A stretch of DNA of 63,919 nucleotides, counting the filler, from Salisapilia sapeloensis CBS 127946 (taxonomy: Eukaryota; Protista; Oomycota), in assembly GCA_023334545.1 (NCBI GenBank). It is 11 parts of 11 records of this genome, joined end to end, with 100 filler letters (N's around TTAATTAATTAA, not from the genome) between each part and the next. Parts side by side here need not be neighbours in the genome. Positions count along the whole stretch, not along the records: positions 21,481 to 23,507 come from JAADVB010000981.1; positions 23,608 to 46,643 come from JAADVB010000271.1; 9 more parts are not named here. The stretch is one strand, 5' to 3'. Numbering within the stretch: position 1 is the first letter of the stretch; every line of letters begins with the position of its first letter. Position numbers and translations under genes: made by a program. The notes under the pieces were generated by a model. That model was not told where the DNA came from. It saw only the letters and a program-made list of their open reading frames with translations, and did not search any database. Below are positions 23,367 through 36,052 of this stretch, in pieces.

Positions 23367-23507
23367 GCTCCATTCCATGATGCATCTCGCTGACGTCCAT
23401 CGACGTAGGTCGAGCGTGTGACCTTTGACAAGGCTTCGGCCGAAACCGTTCAAGATTGAGTTACAAGTCGCATCGTTCTCGTCTTCTTGACCGAAAGATG
23501 GCAGGAG
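23367..23507 (-). repeat. 141-bp exact inverted terminal repeat, right copy
   Basis: Reverse complement of 21481-21621. Confidence 0.97.
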
Positions 23508-23607
23508 NNNNNNNNNNNNNNNNNNNNNNNNNNNNNNNNNNNNNNNNNNNNTTAATTAATTAANNNNNNNNNNNNNNNNNNNNNNNNNNNNNNNNNNNNN
23601 NNNNNNN
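23508..23607. other. Artificial contig spacer
   Basis: 44 N + TTAATTAATTAA + 44 N. Confidence 0.98.
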
Positions 23608-24247
23608 CAATTGCGATACTCAATCGACGCTTCTGACCACCAGATAAACCTTTGTGGAAGAGATCACCCACGAGCGTGTGCTCGCAAGTAAGAAGTCCCA
23701 TCTCTTCAATGACCGACTCCACACGGGTAACAATCTCCGAATGCGTGACGCGTCTAGGTAAGCTGAGCTTGGCTGCCATCATTAGCGTCTCTTTGACGGT
23801 GAACGATCCAAGTAGTGATTCCTCTTGGGCAACATAGCTAGCTACAGCTCGGAACGTTTTCGAGTGGCGAGGCCTTCCGTTCAGATCGATCTGGCCATCA
23901 AGCTCGCCCGTGCTAATGCGATCAGCCAAGATGTCCAGTAAAGTCGTCTTGCCACTTCCAGACGGTCCCAAGACGGCCGTCAAGGTACCAGCGGCACATC
24001 GTCCAGAAATGTCTTGTAGAATGGTCTTTTTGCCCGTCGGGTTATCCTCCGTCTTCTTCATTTGCACCGTGTAGGTGATATTGGACCAGCTTAGTGAAAA
24101 CGGGGTAGTAACTCCCTCGGAAATCATCTTCGATCCACCTTCCAAATCCACCGACTCATTCGGCATACTGTTGTATGGAACAATCGGTGTCGAGTTCGTC
24201 TTGGACGGCGACTGCTGGTAACCTTGGCGAGGGCTTAAACTGTGCAT
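23608..24247 (-). CDS. ABCG (White-like) transporter, 5' part only
   Basis: LSWSNITY, Walker A GPSGSGKTTLLD, YVAQEE and signature LSGGQKRRLSIAI at the contig end. Confidence 0.93.
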
Positions 24248-24263
24248 GCTTGTGTTTAACACA

Positions 24264-24279
24264 GTAAATTGAAGAATGA
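24264..24279 (-). promoter_or_regulatory. Oomycete INR+FPR core promoter of the ABCG gene
   Basis: Minus strand TCATTCTTCAATTTAC, 16 bp upstream of the ATG at 24247. Confidence 0.75.
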
Positions 24280-24647
24280 AAAGTGAAAAACTCCATTCAG
24301 TCATAAATCGTGTACTCGCTTCTGAACCCAGATCCAAGTGATCAGACCCACGTAAGATGTCTGACCAAAATCCGTCAGTAGTCCTTCGCATCCATCCCCT
24401 TGGATACGCCTGACCTCGACCACATAGATTACTACATAGAATGCCACTTTATGTGTCGCAGTTAACAAATGGGTACAGAATGCCTGACCTTGCAGTCGCA
24501 CAGAATCCATAGAATGCCCTGACAACCTGACGCGATCTGCCGGTCGATCCATGTGCCTGACCTCGTGTCCAATTTCTTTTGTCCAAAGAAGACCCTTCTC
24601 GCTGTGAAGTTCATTTCCAAAAAAATCATCGACATCCCAAGAGAATT

Positions 24648-24782
24648 ATGTGCATGAAAGTCGAATGCCCAAAGTGCCAGAAGCCGACGTGGAAAGGATG
24701 CGGCAAGCACATTGACACTGCTCTCCAAGGCGTCCCCGAGGCCGATCGATGCCCTGAATGGAAGAATGGCAAGCATGAATAA
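24648..24782 (+). CDS. 44-aa Cys/His-rich microprotein
   Basis: MCMKVECPKCQKPTWKGCGKHIDTALQGVPEADRCPEWKNGKHE. The CxxC..TWxGCGxH..RC pattern matches an uncharacterised small-protein family as I recall it. INR-like TCATTTCC about 35 bp upstream. Confidence 0.75.
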   Translation: MCMKVECPKCQKPTWKGCGKHIDTALQGVPEADRCPEWKNGKHE

Positions 24783-24862
24783 GTTCTATGGATACGGAAT
24801 CCAGTACTAGGAACAAGACAAAAATCAAAATGGAGCTTGTTTTCATTTTAGTACGATGTGTC

Positions 24863-25752
24863 TTAAGCTTTTGCCAAAACGATGTACGCTTCCTGTCCGA
24901 TCGGATAGCCTTTCGCAAGCCAGTCATCCGCCATGCGCTTGACCATACTGAACCTACTCTGGCGCTTTTCCTCGTCTTCCATCGCGAAGAACGCATCGTG
25001 TTTCTTGGCGTATTCTTCACCACACCATAGCTCCAAGACACTTTGGAACTGCCACACACGTACGGTGGAGAATCCTGCCGCGGCAAATCGACGTCGGAGA
25101 GCATCCAGATCCTTGCTAAAGTTAAAGTTCGGATGATGTGATCCGTCTCCCGTGCCGAGTTCTTTCTTCACGGCTGCGTCGATCATAAAGATACCGCTGT
25201 GCTCTGGTGTTCCCCAAATCGTGAACCCAGCCACACCTTCCGGTGCCAAGACTCGCCTCGCTTCACGTAGCATGGCATCCGGGTTGGGCGTTAGCTGGAG
25301 ACACATACTCGCAATATACCTGTCGAATGTATCATCTTGGAATTGACTTAAATCTTGTCCTGTAGGTCATTCTATACCTTTAGAACTTGTGCACGTGAAG
25401 AGACCGATGGGGATTGGCACGTACCATTGGCTTCTTCTGTGTGAATAGTTACATTCGCTGACTCCAGTGGCTTTAGTCGTTGGTGAGCAAGCTCGACCAT
25501 GGCAGGCGCCAGATCAGTGACGTACAATTCCTTACTCACTCCAGTATCCTTGTTTAAGTACTGCAAGATGTCTTCGGAGCCAACGCCGCCACCAGCAGCG
25601 ATTTCAAGTACATTCTTCGCATGATTTAGATCCATGTGTGCATGCAAGTGTCGAGCTGCTTGGATCGTAAGCTGTTGGCTCTGTAGCTCCGTGAAGGATT
25701 GGGCCATTTCGTCCCACCTAGAGCGTACTTCGTCGATGGTTAATTCAGGCAT
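24863..25752 (-). CDS. Class I SAM-dependent methyltransferase, intron 25360-25424
   Basis: Motif I VLEIAAGGG, motif II VTDLAPAMV, then FDRY..MCLQLTPNP..MLREARRVLAPEG. The intron joins AN|GQDL in frame. Confidence 0.88.
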
Positions 25753-26579
25753 AGCTTTCGGTGTGCTCAAGAGAGAAGATGCAGAAGTGGACCGGCGGAC
25801 ATGTGTGTGAAGCATGTCGGTTTCTGCCGTTATTTTTCACAGGAAGGGCGTAAAATACCTTTTGGACGAAATTAGTGGCTCCTCCACCGTGGAAAGAGAT
25901 ACTTTATCGAGACGGCACGTCATTGCATGTTGAAGGTATCCAAGATAGTGGATAACATTCTGCTGATGACGTTCGTACTTGGAGACGTGTGCGCATTGGC
26001 TTGCGTTTCATCATTATGTACATGGTTGTCATGGAAGATGCTCATGCGTTGCATGAGTCGAAAGAGCTATCGGTAGCAGTTGCTGGGAAGGGAAGCATGC
26101 AAAGATATCATTATTTCGGTACGTATCTATGTCAAGAGCTACAATCATTCTGCTTTCTTATCCTTTCGAAGACGGGGTCTTGAAGCGTGATGGCGCTTTG
26201 CTTTGGGTTTATGTGGGAATAAATATTAAGAACAAGTTGCAACTGCTTGTACGCATACATGAACCACTTATGGGACTGCGTGGAGCTCGAGCTGGGGCGT
26301 AGAGATTCCTACTTGACATCAGCAATCATCGTTTCTGCCCCAGCTATGTACCCTCTACGGCTTCATGACGTGATTTCTGGGTAGATACACTAGCGGGTAC
26401 TCGCAGTATAACTTGCTTCCTGTTCTTCATACATTGGTTGCAGCATGGGTCTCAATACCTTTGTATTTCTCTATGAAAGTGATTAAAGTGGGAGATATGA
26501 AAGACATGGAAACCTCAAAGCAAATTGGCAATGAAGAATTTTGTAACGCCGCTCCGTAGAGCATCTTGATGATCATCAA

Positions 26580-28816
26580 CTACATCGGATCCTTCTCTTC
26601 TTTAGATTGTTCCATTCTAGTTTGGTCTGATGTTAATTCTGGGGAGCTATTGTCCAGCGTTAGGGTGTTATAAGCTGTTCTCTTCGACGTTGTGTTGGAT
26701 CCCTTGCTCAAAGTTGGGAGATCCAGAGTATCCCACATACTGTCGACGCAAAGCGAGCTATAGTCCGGTCTAAACCACTTTGAATGCAAGATTCCAGTCT
26801 CTATTTCGTCGTCTTGCTTCCTGCTAACTTCATGTTCTCCAAGTAATTGCTCGATTCTATCCATTTCCTCCAAGTATGACGTGCATCCATCCTCATCAAC
26901 ATCATTAGCAGGTGATACTACGGGTCTTTGCATTGGTAAAACTGGCGTCGACATTGATGTTAGCAATTCACGATCGGATACGTGAATATCAAATGGTGAA
27001 GCAAAAGATGGTGCGTGTTCCAGCTTTGGCAAGTTGTGAATACGCTTCTGTATAGCTGACCGCGTAGATTTTTGCTTGTGATGGAAGTCTGGCTTCTTTT
27101 CAGCGACACCTTCCGAGTTGAGCAACTTCACACAAGCTGTATGTAGTCGATGGTAAGCCCCTACGCACTTTGTACAGAGAGGCTGTGGTTCGTAGATTCG
27201 TTGTCGAGTACGAGGGTTCAGACCGTGTTGCATATGAAACTTTAGAGCAGCATCAAAGCTTGGCCATCCGGACGCAATGCTGATATCATCCTCTGTCATG
27301 TATCTATCGTAAAAATCACAGCTAAGTACAACTTTCCTTGACAAAACTCCACTTGGTTCATCTCCATCTTCCTCTATACCATCGTCATCAAATAAGCGGG
27401 AGCTACAGTTATTGTTGGAGTCACAATCGCTGAGAGAACGTGGAGGATACCGGCAGTACTTGCCAGCACAAGCCCATCGTTTTCTACTTGCTTTTAAAAT
27501 TGGTGGAGCGGATGGTGACCGCCACGTTTCAACGTTTGCACTGGCATTTTGTGGACGGCTACTCTTCGGTCTTCCCTGAGTCACTTTAAATGCCTTCATT
27601 TGTAGCATCCACCAGGTTCCTTTATCGTCTTGTAGCAGATCAACGACCATTTCATCAAATCGAGTCTTTAATACAGGCTCGAGTAGAAGTGGTAACTCAG
27701 ACATGACCGCCCGGACACTTGGCCATGATTGTGTTGTATTTGTAGAGCGAACGATGTGGCATGAAATGTCATTCGAAGATGTGATGCCAGAGTACATTTC
27801 GTCTTTGTTATTCGTCGGTGTTGTCTGGAGATGTGTATCGGCGTCGGTAAGAACCCATACGTCCGTCGATTGCTGCCTGCGCGAGTAGACACCTCGCACG
27901 ATCCATGCCGGTCCACCAACCGTCGTGCTCCCTTTACTCGAGATATATCGCTGCACAGCACAATAGGAGCAGGATGAGCTATTATCCTCTTCAGGCACAT
28001 CGCCTGTGGTACTCCAAAAAGAAGTTATAAATTGCATGACGTCTTCGTATGTCGACAATGATTGCACCGTCGAGCCGGAATAAGTATCATCGTAAAACGC
28101 TTTTACTACCGCCGCAATGCATTTTGTTTCTAGATTTGCTTGATGTCCACAAAGCAGTCTAGCAATTTGTCGATGTTGTTGTTCAAAAGCTTCCTGGGAT
28201 CGATAAAGCTGGAATCGCAGTCCACATGATGAAGAGAGATGACTTTGCTTTAAGTCACTCTCATAACTGTACACAAAGAGCATACAGATATCTAGACCAG
28301 ACTCACAACCTCCTTTGACAATCCGAATAAGCGTCGGAGGTACTTGAACTGGAAACCAAGGCATATCGTACACAAACTCTTGACTCGATATTAAACCAGC
28401 TTTCTCCTTTCGTTGCAACATGCTCACTAGCCAGGGAAAGAAACCGATTCCTGGTAAGTGAGGATGATTATATGCATTGCTTACAAAGTTGATTGTTTGA
28501 GCTAGAACATGATGCCGACGACGCTGGACTTGTTCGAAGGATTCTGCCGAAGGTGTTTTCATGGATAGTACTGGAAGCGCTGTTTCCTATTCTATGGTTT
28601 TACTACATGCATTGGATGCATCAAACTGTAGTGAGGATATACCTGCTTTCGATTGCCAGTGTGCTTTAGCTCACTTGACGCGGTCGGCTTCATCGCTCGT
28701 TGCAATGCCAACTTCTTCTTACTCATTCTCTTCTTTCTCTTTACTTTCTTAGGACCTGTGGGATCATCATGAATGTCTTTCACCCAGTCTGAAAACCTCT
28801 CTTTTAATGCCTCCAT
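26580..28816 (-). CDS. Hypothetical protein of about 730 aa, intron 28587-28642
   Basis: 660-aa ORF extended upstream in frame through a 56-bp GT-AG intron (RKQ|ETAL). No family recognised. Confidence 0.6.
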
Positions 28817-28893
28817 GCTTTTCGTAACAAAGTTTGGTACTTCATGTAGATCTATTTTTGATTTATCTACATTCTTTCCCAAAGAATATGCAT

Positions 28894-29646
28894 TCACAGC
28901 CCGTACTTGGTCTCATCAATGTCATTTAGACTACTGGCGATCTCGTCGGCGTGACTGTAGATCTCCTCCCTCTCCTCCGCGGTATACAAGGTCGAGTCCG
29001 GCACAGCGATTGTAATCATTCCAGCAGCTTTGCCAGCACTGACACCTTGGACAGAGTCTTCAATAACGAGGATACTCTTGGTCGTCGGCGCATTCTCATC
29101 GTTAAATAGACGACGAGCTGCAGCGAGGAAGATGTCTGGGTTGGGCTTTCCCTTCTTCACCAACGGGTCATCTCCAGTCACGATGACTGGGAAGTGGTCA
29201 AAGATCTCCGGATGATATCCTCTCTTCATGGTAACCGCAGTCGTCGTCGCTGACGTGGCCAACGCCTACAAACTCTGAACATTAGAGATGTAGAAATCTA
29301 CTTGTTACCAGATCCGTACCATAGGAACATTCTTCTTCTGAAGACGGTCGAGAATCTCTAAAGCACCAGGCAGCACGGTAACCGTATGCCCCAGCTTCTC
29401 AGCACGGCGTTCCCACTCGAGAGCAAGCTCTTTTGCATTCAACTTGTCTTTTGGCAAGTCAAGCGCCTCGATGAGATAAGCAGCTCCATCGACGGCAGGT
29501 GCCCCGATAACTTTCTTATGAAGTTCATCCGTAAACTCCTTCCCATAATCAGCCATGAGGCTCGCAACAGCTTGCTTATTCGTGCCTTCCGTGTCGAGTA
29601 ACGTTCCATCGAGGTCAAAAATCACTCCGTCTACTTTGTGCGTCAT
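28894..29646 (-). CDS. PUDP: HAD phosphatase, pseudouridine-5'-phosphatase (HDHD1/PUDP)-like, copy A, intron 29266-29319
   Basis: IFDLDGTLLDTE, ATS, GKPNPDIFL and IEDSVQGVSAGKAAGM. Confidence 0.88.
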
Positions 29647-29771
29647 CGCCTTGAGCTATCGAAGTCGTTTGGGTTGATTGAGAAATGTAGAAGTGGTAGG
29701 AAGTGTTGCGGAGAGAGAGGAGATCTTAGAAAGAAGTAAAGTGTTTGCGTAGTTTGTGGTCTTTGTATCAG

Positions 29772-30529
29772 CTAGAGTCCGTACTTGGTCTCATCAAATT
29801 GTTCAAGAGACGTTACGACTTCATCTGCTTCACTGTAAAGCCTAGTACGATCGTTTTCATCGTACATGCGTGTATCCGGCAACGCAATGACGGTCATGCC
29901 AGCTGCTTTGCCGGCTTGGACACCTTGTACTGAGTCTTCGAAGACGAGGCAGTTCTTGCGACTAGCTGCTTCTTCGCTATTGAAGAGCCTTTCAGCAGCA
30001 CGTAGGAAAATGTCTGGGGCAGGCTTGCCCCGCGCGACTTCCGGATCGTCCCCCGTGACGATGACCGAAAAGTTCTTGAAAAGGTTTTCATGCATTTGTC
30101 TTTTGATACCGACTGCCTTCTTCGATGAAGACGTCGCTAGTGCCTATAAGATATTAGCTGTGTTCCATTTACAAGTCAGGTAGAGTATCGTACGATAGGA
30201 ACGCCTTTGTCATGCAAACGCTGGAGGACGTCGAGTGCTCCTGGCAGCACGTCGACGGTCGGTAGAAGCTCATGGACATTATGCTCCCACTTCTCAGCAA
30301 ACACTTGTGGCGTGAGTTCATCTCCAGGCAAGCCGAGCTTATTAATAAGGAAGACCGTCCATTCAGAGGCCGGGCATCCAAGGATCTGTTTATGCAAATC
30401 AAGCGAAAACTCTTTTCCGTAGCTTTCGACAATCTTCGCCACCGCTTTTTCACTAATACCTTCCGTATCTAGCAACGTCCCATCCAGGTCAAAGATAGCA
30501 GCATCAATTTGCTGTCGAGTAGCGCTCAT
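29772..30529 (-). CDS. PUDP: HAD phosphatase, HDHD1/PUDP-like, tandem copy B, one intron
   Basis: IFDLDGTLLDTE, GKPAPDIFL and FEDSVQGVQAGKAAGM. Intron at the same position as in copy A. Confidence 0.88.
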
Positions 30530-30745
30530 GTCTGTCGAAAATCAGGAAGACTCTTCGAACGCGATAGACGATGGCTGCGCACAATTGTACCAACCTACAG
30601 GCACTATCATGGTACCCGAACTATAAACACCGGTACACTACCTATAATTGATCCTTACATAAATATAAGACAAGCAAATAGTGTTTTTCAATGTCCAACC
30701 GTTCCCACATAGTCGCGCTAATTTCCATTAACACGTTAGGAGAAT

Positions 30746-32233
<1,488 letters not shown>

Positions 32234-32480
32234 CTAGTAGAGGTACGAGTAGTAGCTACCTCTGATCCAAGAGTTTGGTTTAGGCGCGAAACGGTGCGTC
32301 TTACAAAATAGACTGCTTTAATTTCAGTAAAGTATGTATTGACGGTACTAGTTTAATGGTCATGGACACACCGTTATGGAGATGTTGTTGGGGTGACCAG
32401 AAGAATAGCAGAGTTGGGATTCGAGCGCGATGGAGACGAGTATGCCTCTTATTGATGTAGTTGGCTCTTGGAGAAGACTT

Positions 32481-33019
32481 ATGAACGATGAGATAGAGGA
32501 TTTACAGCTACGACTCTTCGGCACCTTGTTGCTCTTTGCACTCTTGGGTGTCATCCTGTCCGCGGCGCTGTATCCGACGGCATGGGGGCTCTTTGTCTGT
32601 ACGTTCTCTTCCCAGACATGACATGCACAAAATTTAGCTGTTTCTAGTTCTTCCCTATATTCTCCTGCCGATAATTGCCGCAGCATGCTCTGCTTTGGGC
32701 AATTCAGACGACATGAGGTACATAAGCTCTTCTTTATCTACTTTGCAGATACGAAACTAACGCAAATGCTAGTGTCTGGACCAACTTTGGCTGCTTCTTC
32801 GAGTCCTTCTTCTGGGTCTCTGCTTTTGCCATTCCGTCACTTTTATATCGCGCGACAGCAGTACGCAAGATCTTTTGTACGATTTAACGCCCGACATGAT
32901 TTGCAACGGTCTATTCATAGATCAATGGCGCACAGCTCGCGTGGCTCCTCTCGTCCGACGTGCTCATTTTCATCTCTTTCCTCGGCATCTCATGGATCCA
33001 CGCCGACCTAGACTACTAA
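32481..33019 (+). CDS. VPS55: Vps55/LEPROT family membrane protein, four exons
   Basis: Manual splicing gives LFGTLLLFALLGVILSAALYPTAWGLFVFLPYILLP..SDD..WTNFGCFFESFFWVSAFAIP..GAQLAWLLSSDVLIFISF, the Vps55 four-TM pattern. All GT-AG phases are consistent. Confidence 0.85.
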
Positions 33020-33218
33020 CTCGTGTTAATACACGCCTCAGCTGCTGTCTCACGTCGCGATCTTTTCTACTTCAATTCCACGATCTTGAATCGTTCTTTT
33101 GTATGGAAATAGCAGGTGGCTGTCCTCTCCCAGTGATTAGAGGCCGATTTTCCGTTTTTTAGCCTCCAACCGGCCATTACCCAACTTGCCTCGTCCAACA
33201 ACAAGACCCTCTTCCAGT

Positions 33219-34771
33219 ATGATCAAAAGCGCAAGTCACGCCGACAGTGGGAGTGAGCCGACTTCATCACTCATGAAAAGTAGTGGCAGCAACGTCGAAA
33301 GTACAGTTTCGCGATCTATATCCGTAAGTCCAGCGCGTAAAGTCGGAGAGGGCGTGAGTGCCTACTATGTCTACAAGATTTCGTCCACCACGCGCTCGAA
33401 CGAAAGTGTTCAGGTCGAACGCCGGTATAATGACTTCTACTGGTTGTACGAACAGGTACGATTGCGTCATCCATCGCGCTACTATCCTTCAGAGCCTAGA
33501 CCTAATGCCATGTTTAGCTATGCAAAGCGTATCCTGGATGGATCATCCCGCCGCTACCAGTCAAGGTGCTGGCGATGCTCCAAGGGCCTGAGTTTCTTGA
33601 ACGTCGACGAGCTGGTCTCGAACGTTTCTTGAATAAAGTTGCGACGCATGAAGAGTTGCGTCAATTGGATTGCTTCCAAGAGTTTTTACATCGATCGACG
33701 GAACAGTTTTCCGAATTAAAGAAAGAGCGAGATGTCATGAATACGACGATGAACCAACTTTCGGACCTATGGTCTGTCACGATCCAGCGTCTGACGGACT
33801 CGGGTGTCTTGACCAAAGCTCCGTCGTCCACTTCCACGGACACTTCGACTGGTACCAAGCCATCTCTACATAGTAGTCGCTCGAGTATCATGGCAGCAAA
33901 TGCGAATGAAGACCCAGAGTTCGCCAAAGCCTTGCGATACATCACTAAGCTCGATGCACTTGTACGCAACTTGAAGGAGCGTGCGCACATGACACACAAG
34001 CAGACACGAGCGGCTGCGAATGCCTACTGCAGTCTCTCCGAGAGTCTATACGCTATCTCTCGCTTTGAACAGTCGTATGACAGTGAGACGCCGCGTCTCG
34101 CGTCCGACGTAGATGCTACATGCAGTGCGATCGAGACGCGTGCGAGGCAAATGGACAACGAGTTGGCGCACTTTGTCGCGAGCATCGACTACTACTCTCG
34201 TTGGGTCTCGGCTGTCCTCAAGGCGGTCGATGTGCGTGAAGACCGACGTCGGAAGTACCAGTCCAAGTTGGCTGCTGCGGAACGTAACTCGTTGCGGAAC
34301 TACCACAAGAGTCTCGCAGAAGGCGGGGAAGAGAAACCAGCGACGCCGACTGCGAATAACTCGACGATGCATGCAGATGACGAGAGCTGCCAGGAGCTAG
34401 AGCAAGCGAGTGAAGACTTTGAACAGGTACATGAGCGTGTCATGCAGGAGGTCGCTCGCTTCCGAAGTGACAAGTCGCACGAGCTTCGGGATCTCTTGAT
34501 TGAGTTCACCAAGCTCCAGCAGCGCAACACGTCTGAGCTGGACTCTGTCCTCTCGTCTTGTACGACGCAGTTGACGAGCGACGCGCCAGAGCACGAGCTA
34601 TCGCCTTTAAGTCAAAAGGCTGGTGAAGCGACAAAGAACTCTCCGGATGTTCGGACAGCTGAAAGTGAGGAAAGTCTCGAGGGTGGGGAGAAGGAGGTGG
34701 ATGTCAGTAAGGAACCAAAGGACGAGCTACGTAGCGAAGCCTCGAGTCAACTCGAGGACGTGACGATCTAA
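33219..34771 (+). CDS. Sorting nexin (PX + BAR), intron 33456-33517
   Basis: YYVYKI..VERRYNDFYWLYEQ|LCKAYPGWIIPPLP..FLERRRAGLERFL is a PX domain, followed by a helical BAR-like region. Confidence 0.93.
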
Positions 34772-34841
34772 GCGTCCAAGTGTCTTTTGTATATTTGCAT
34801 TTTCTTTCTCTACTTAGTAGACAGAGCTACGTATGTAGCTC

Positions 34842-35994
34842 TTAGCTTGAATCGACGAAATGATGAACTCGTTGCAAGATTTCAGTTATCTCTGTCATGT
34901 CCTTGTCACTATGAAGACAATGTTAGTGTTATGAAGAAGGAAGGAAGAGGTAGATGTACTTGGTGTCAAAGCGATACCACCATTTGTTAGTAGGAGTGAG
35001 TGCTGGGTCCTATGTCTAGTGGTGAGATGATGAGGAAAGATGGTTTGATATGTGATTGACCTCGAGTATCTGTCCTGCGAGGTAGAGACTGGTGGTGGCG
35101 ATGACGAAAGGAGGGTATGAAAGGGTCCGTCGATCGAAGTAGAGGTCGTTCGCAATGCTCACGGCACACTGAACAGTCGATGGTGTGCATCTATTGCCAA
35201 AATAACGTAAAGAAGAGGACTTTAATGCTGCTAGATGTGTCGTACTGGAGGTCATGTGCATAGTTCAGTAGGAACGTGTAAGGCGTGGATACATCTACTT
35301 GAAAGCAGAGAACACGGAGCACCGTTTGCTCTGCGTTGATAATGCTCTCTTTTAAGCTGTCGTAGTCCTATGACAGCTCGTCATGATGGAAGAGGTAGTA
35401 GCGTATACAAGTAGACTCTGTACAGATCTAGAAGACGGTGGCTCTTGCGTCTTGTTTACTACGCTATGCACGGTCAAGGCGATGACACGGACGGTGCGAG
35501 GTGACTCACAGGTCTGGATAGAGTCAGACGGATGCTAAGAATGTATAACTAGACAATAGAGTCACCTTGGTGGTGAGGAGAAGACACGCTCCGACGATGA
35601 TGTGGTAGTCGAATTGGCTAAAGCTGCAGGGAATAAAATAGAGTTATGGAGATCGGTGCATAGGCAGGAGATATGGAATGAGAGAAGACAACACCTTCCT
35701 TCTATCTATATAAAATCGTTGGCAGTATACAAGTGCAGTCAATCGTTCCGTCTAGCATGCATTGTAAGAGTCTTATACGCTCTTTATGGCATGTAATTGC
35801 TAAAGTACTTCAGTCATGCGGAGCGTACGGGCACAAGAGCTCGTAAAGACGGCCATTCGTATCATTTTACGATACCGATCGAGCTCACCGATACTTTCCG
35901 TAGTTTTCAATGCATTTTCTCCATTGGACGCAGCGGTATTGAGGTGCAATGGATCTCCATCGCCATGCTCGGCCATTGCGACGCTACTTGTCAA
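34842..35994 (-). CDS. Transcriptional cyclin (cyclin Q/K/L-like), many short exons
   Basis: Exon peptides TALVYCQRFY, FDYHIIVGACLLLTTK|TCESPR, AEQTVLRVLCFQVDVSTPYTFLLNYA, SIANDLY..YPPFVIATTSLYLA and KWWYRFD trace both cyclin boxes. Confidence 0.78.
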
Positions 35995-36052
35995 TGATTC
36001 GAACTATTCTGTCTTACAAGCGACGATGATGGTACATCCAATGGTGCGGGCT

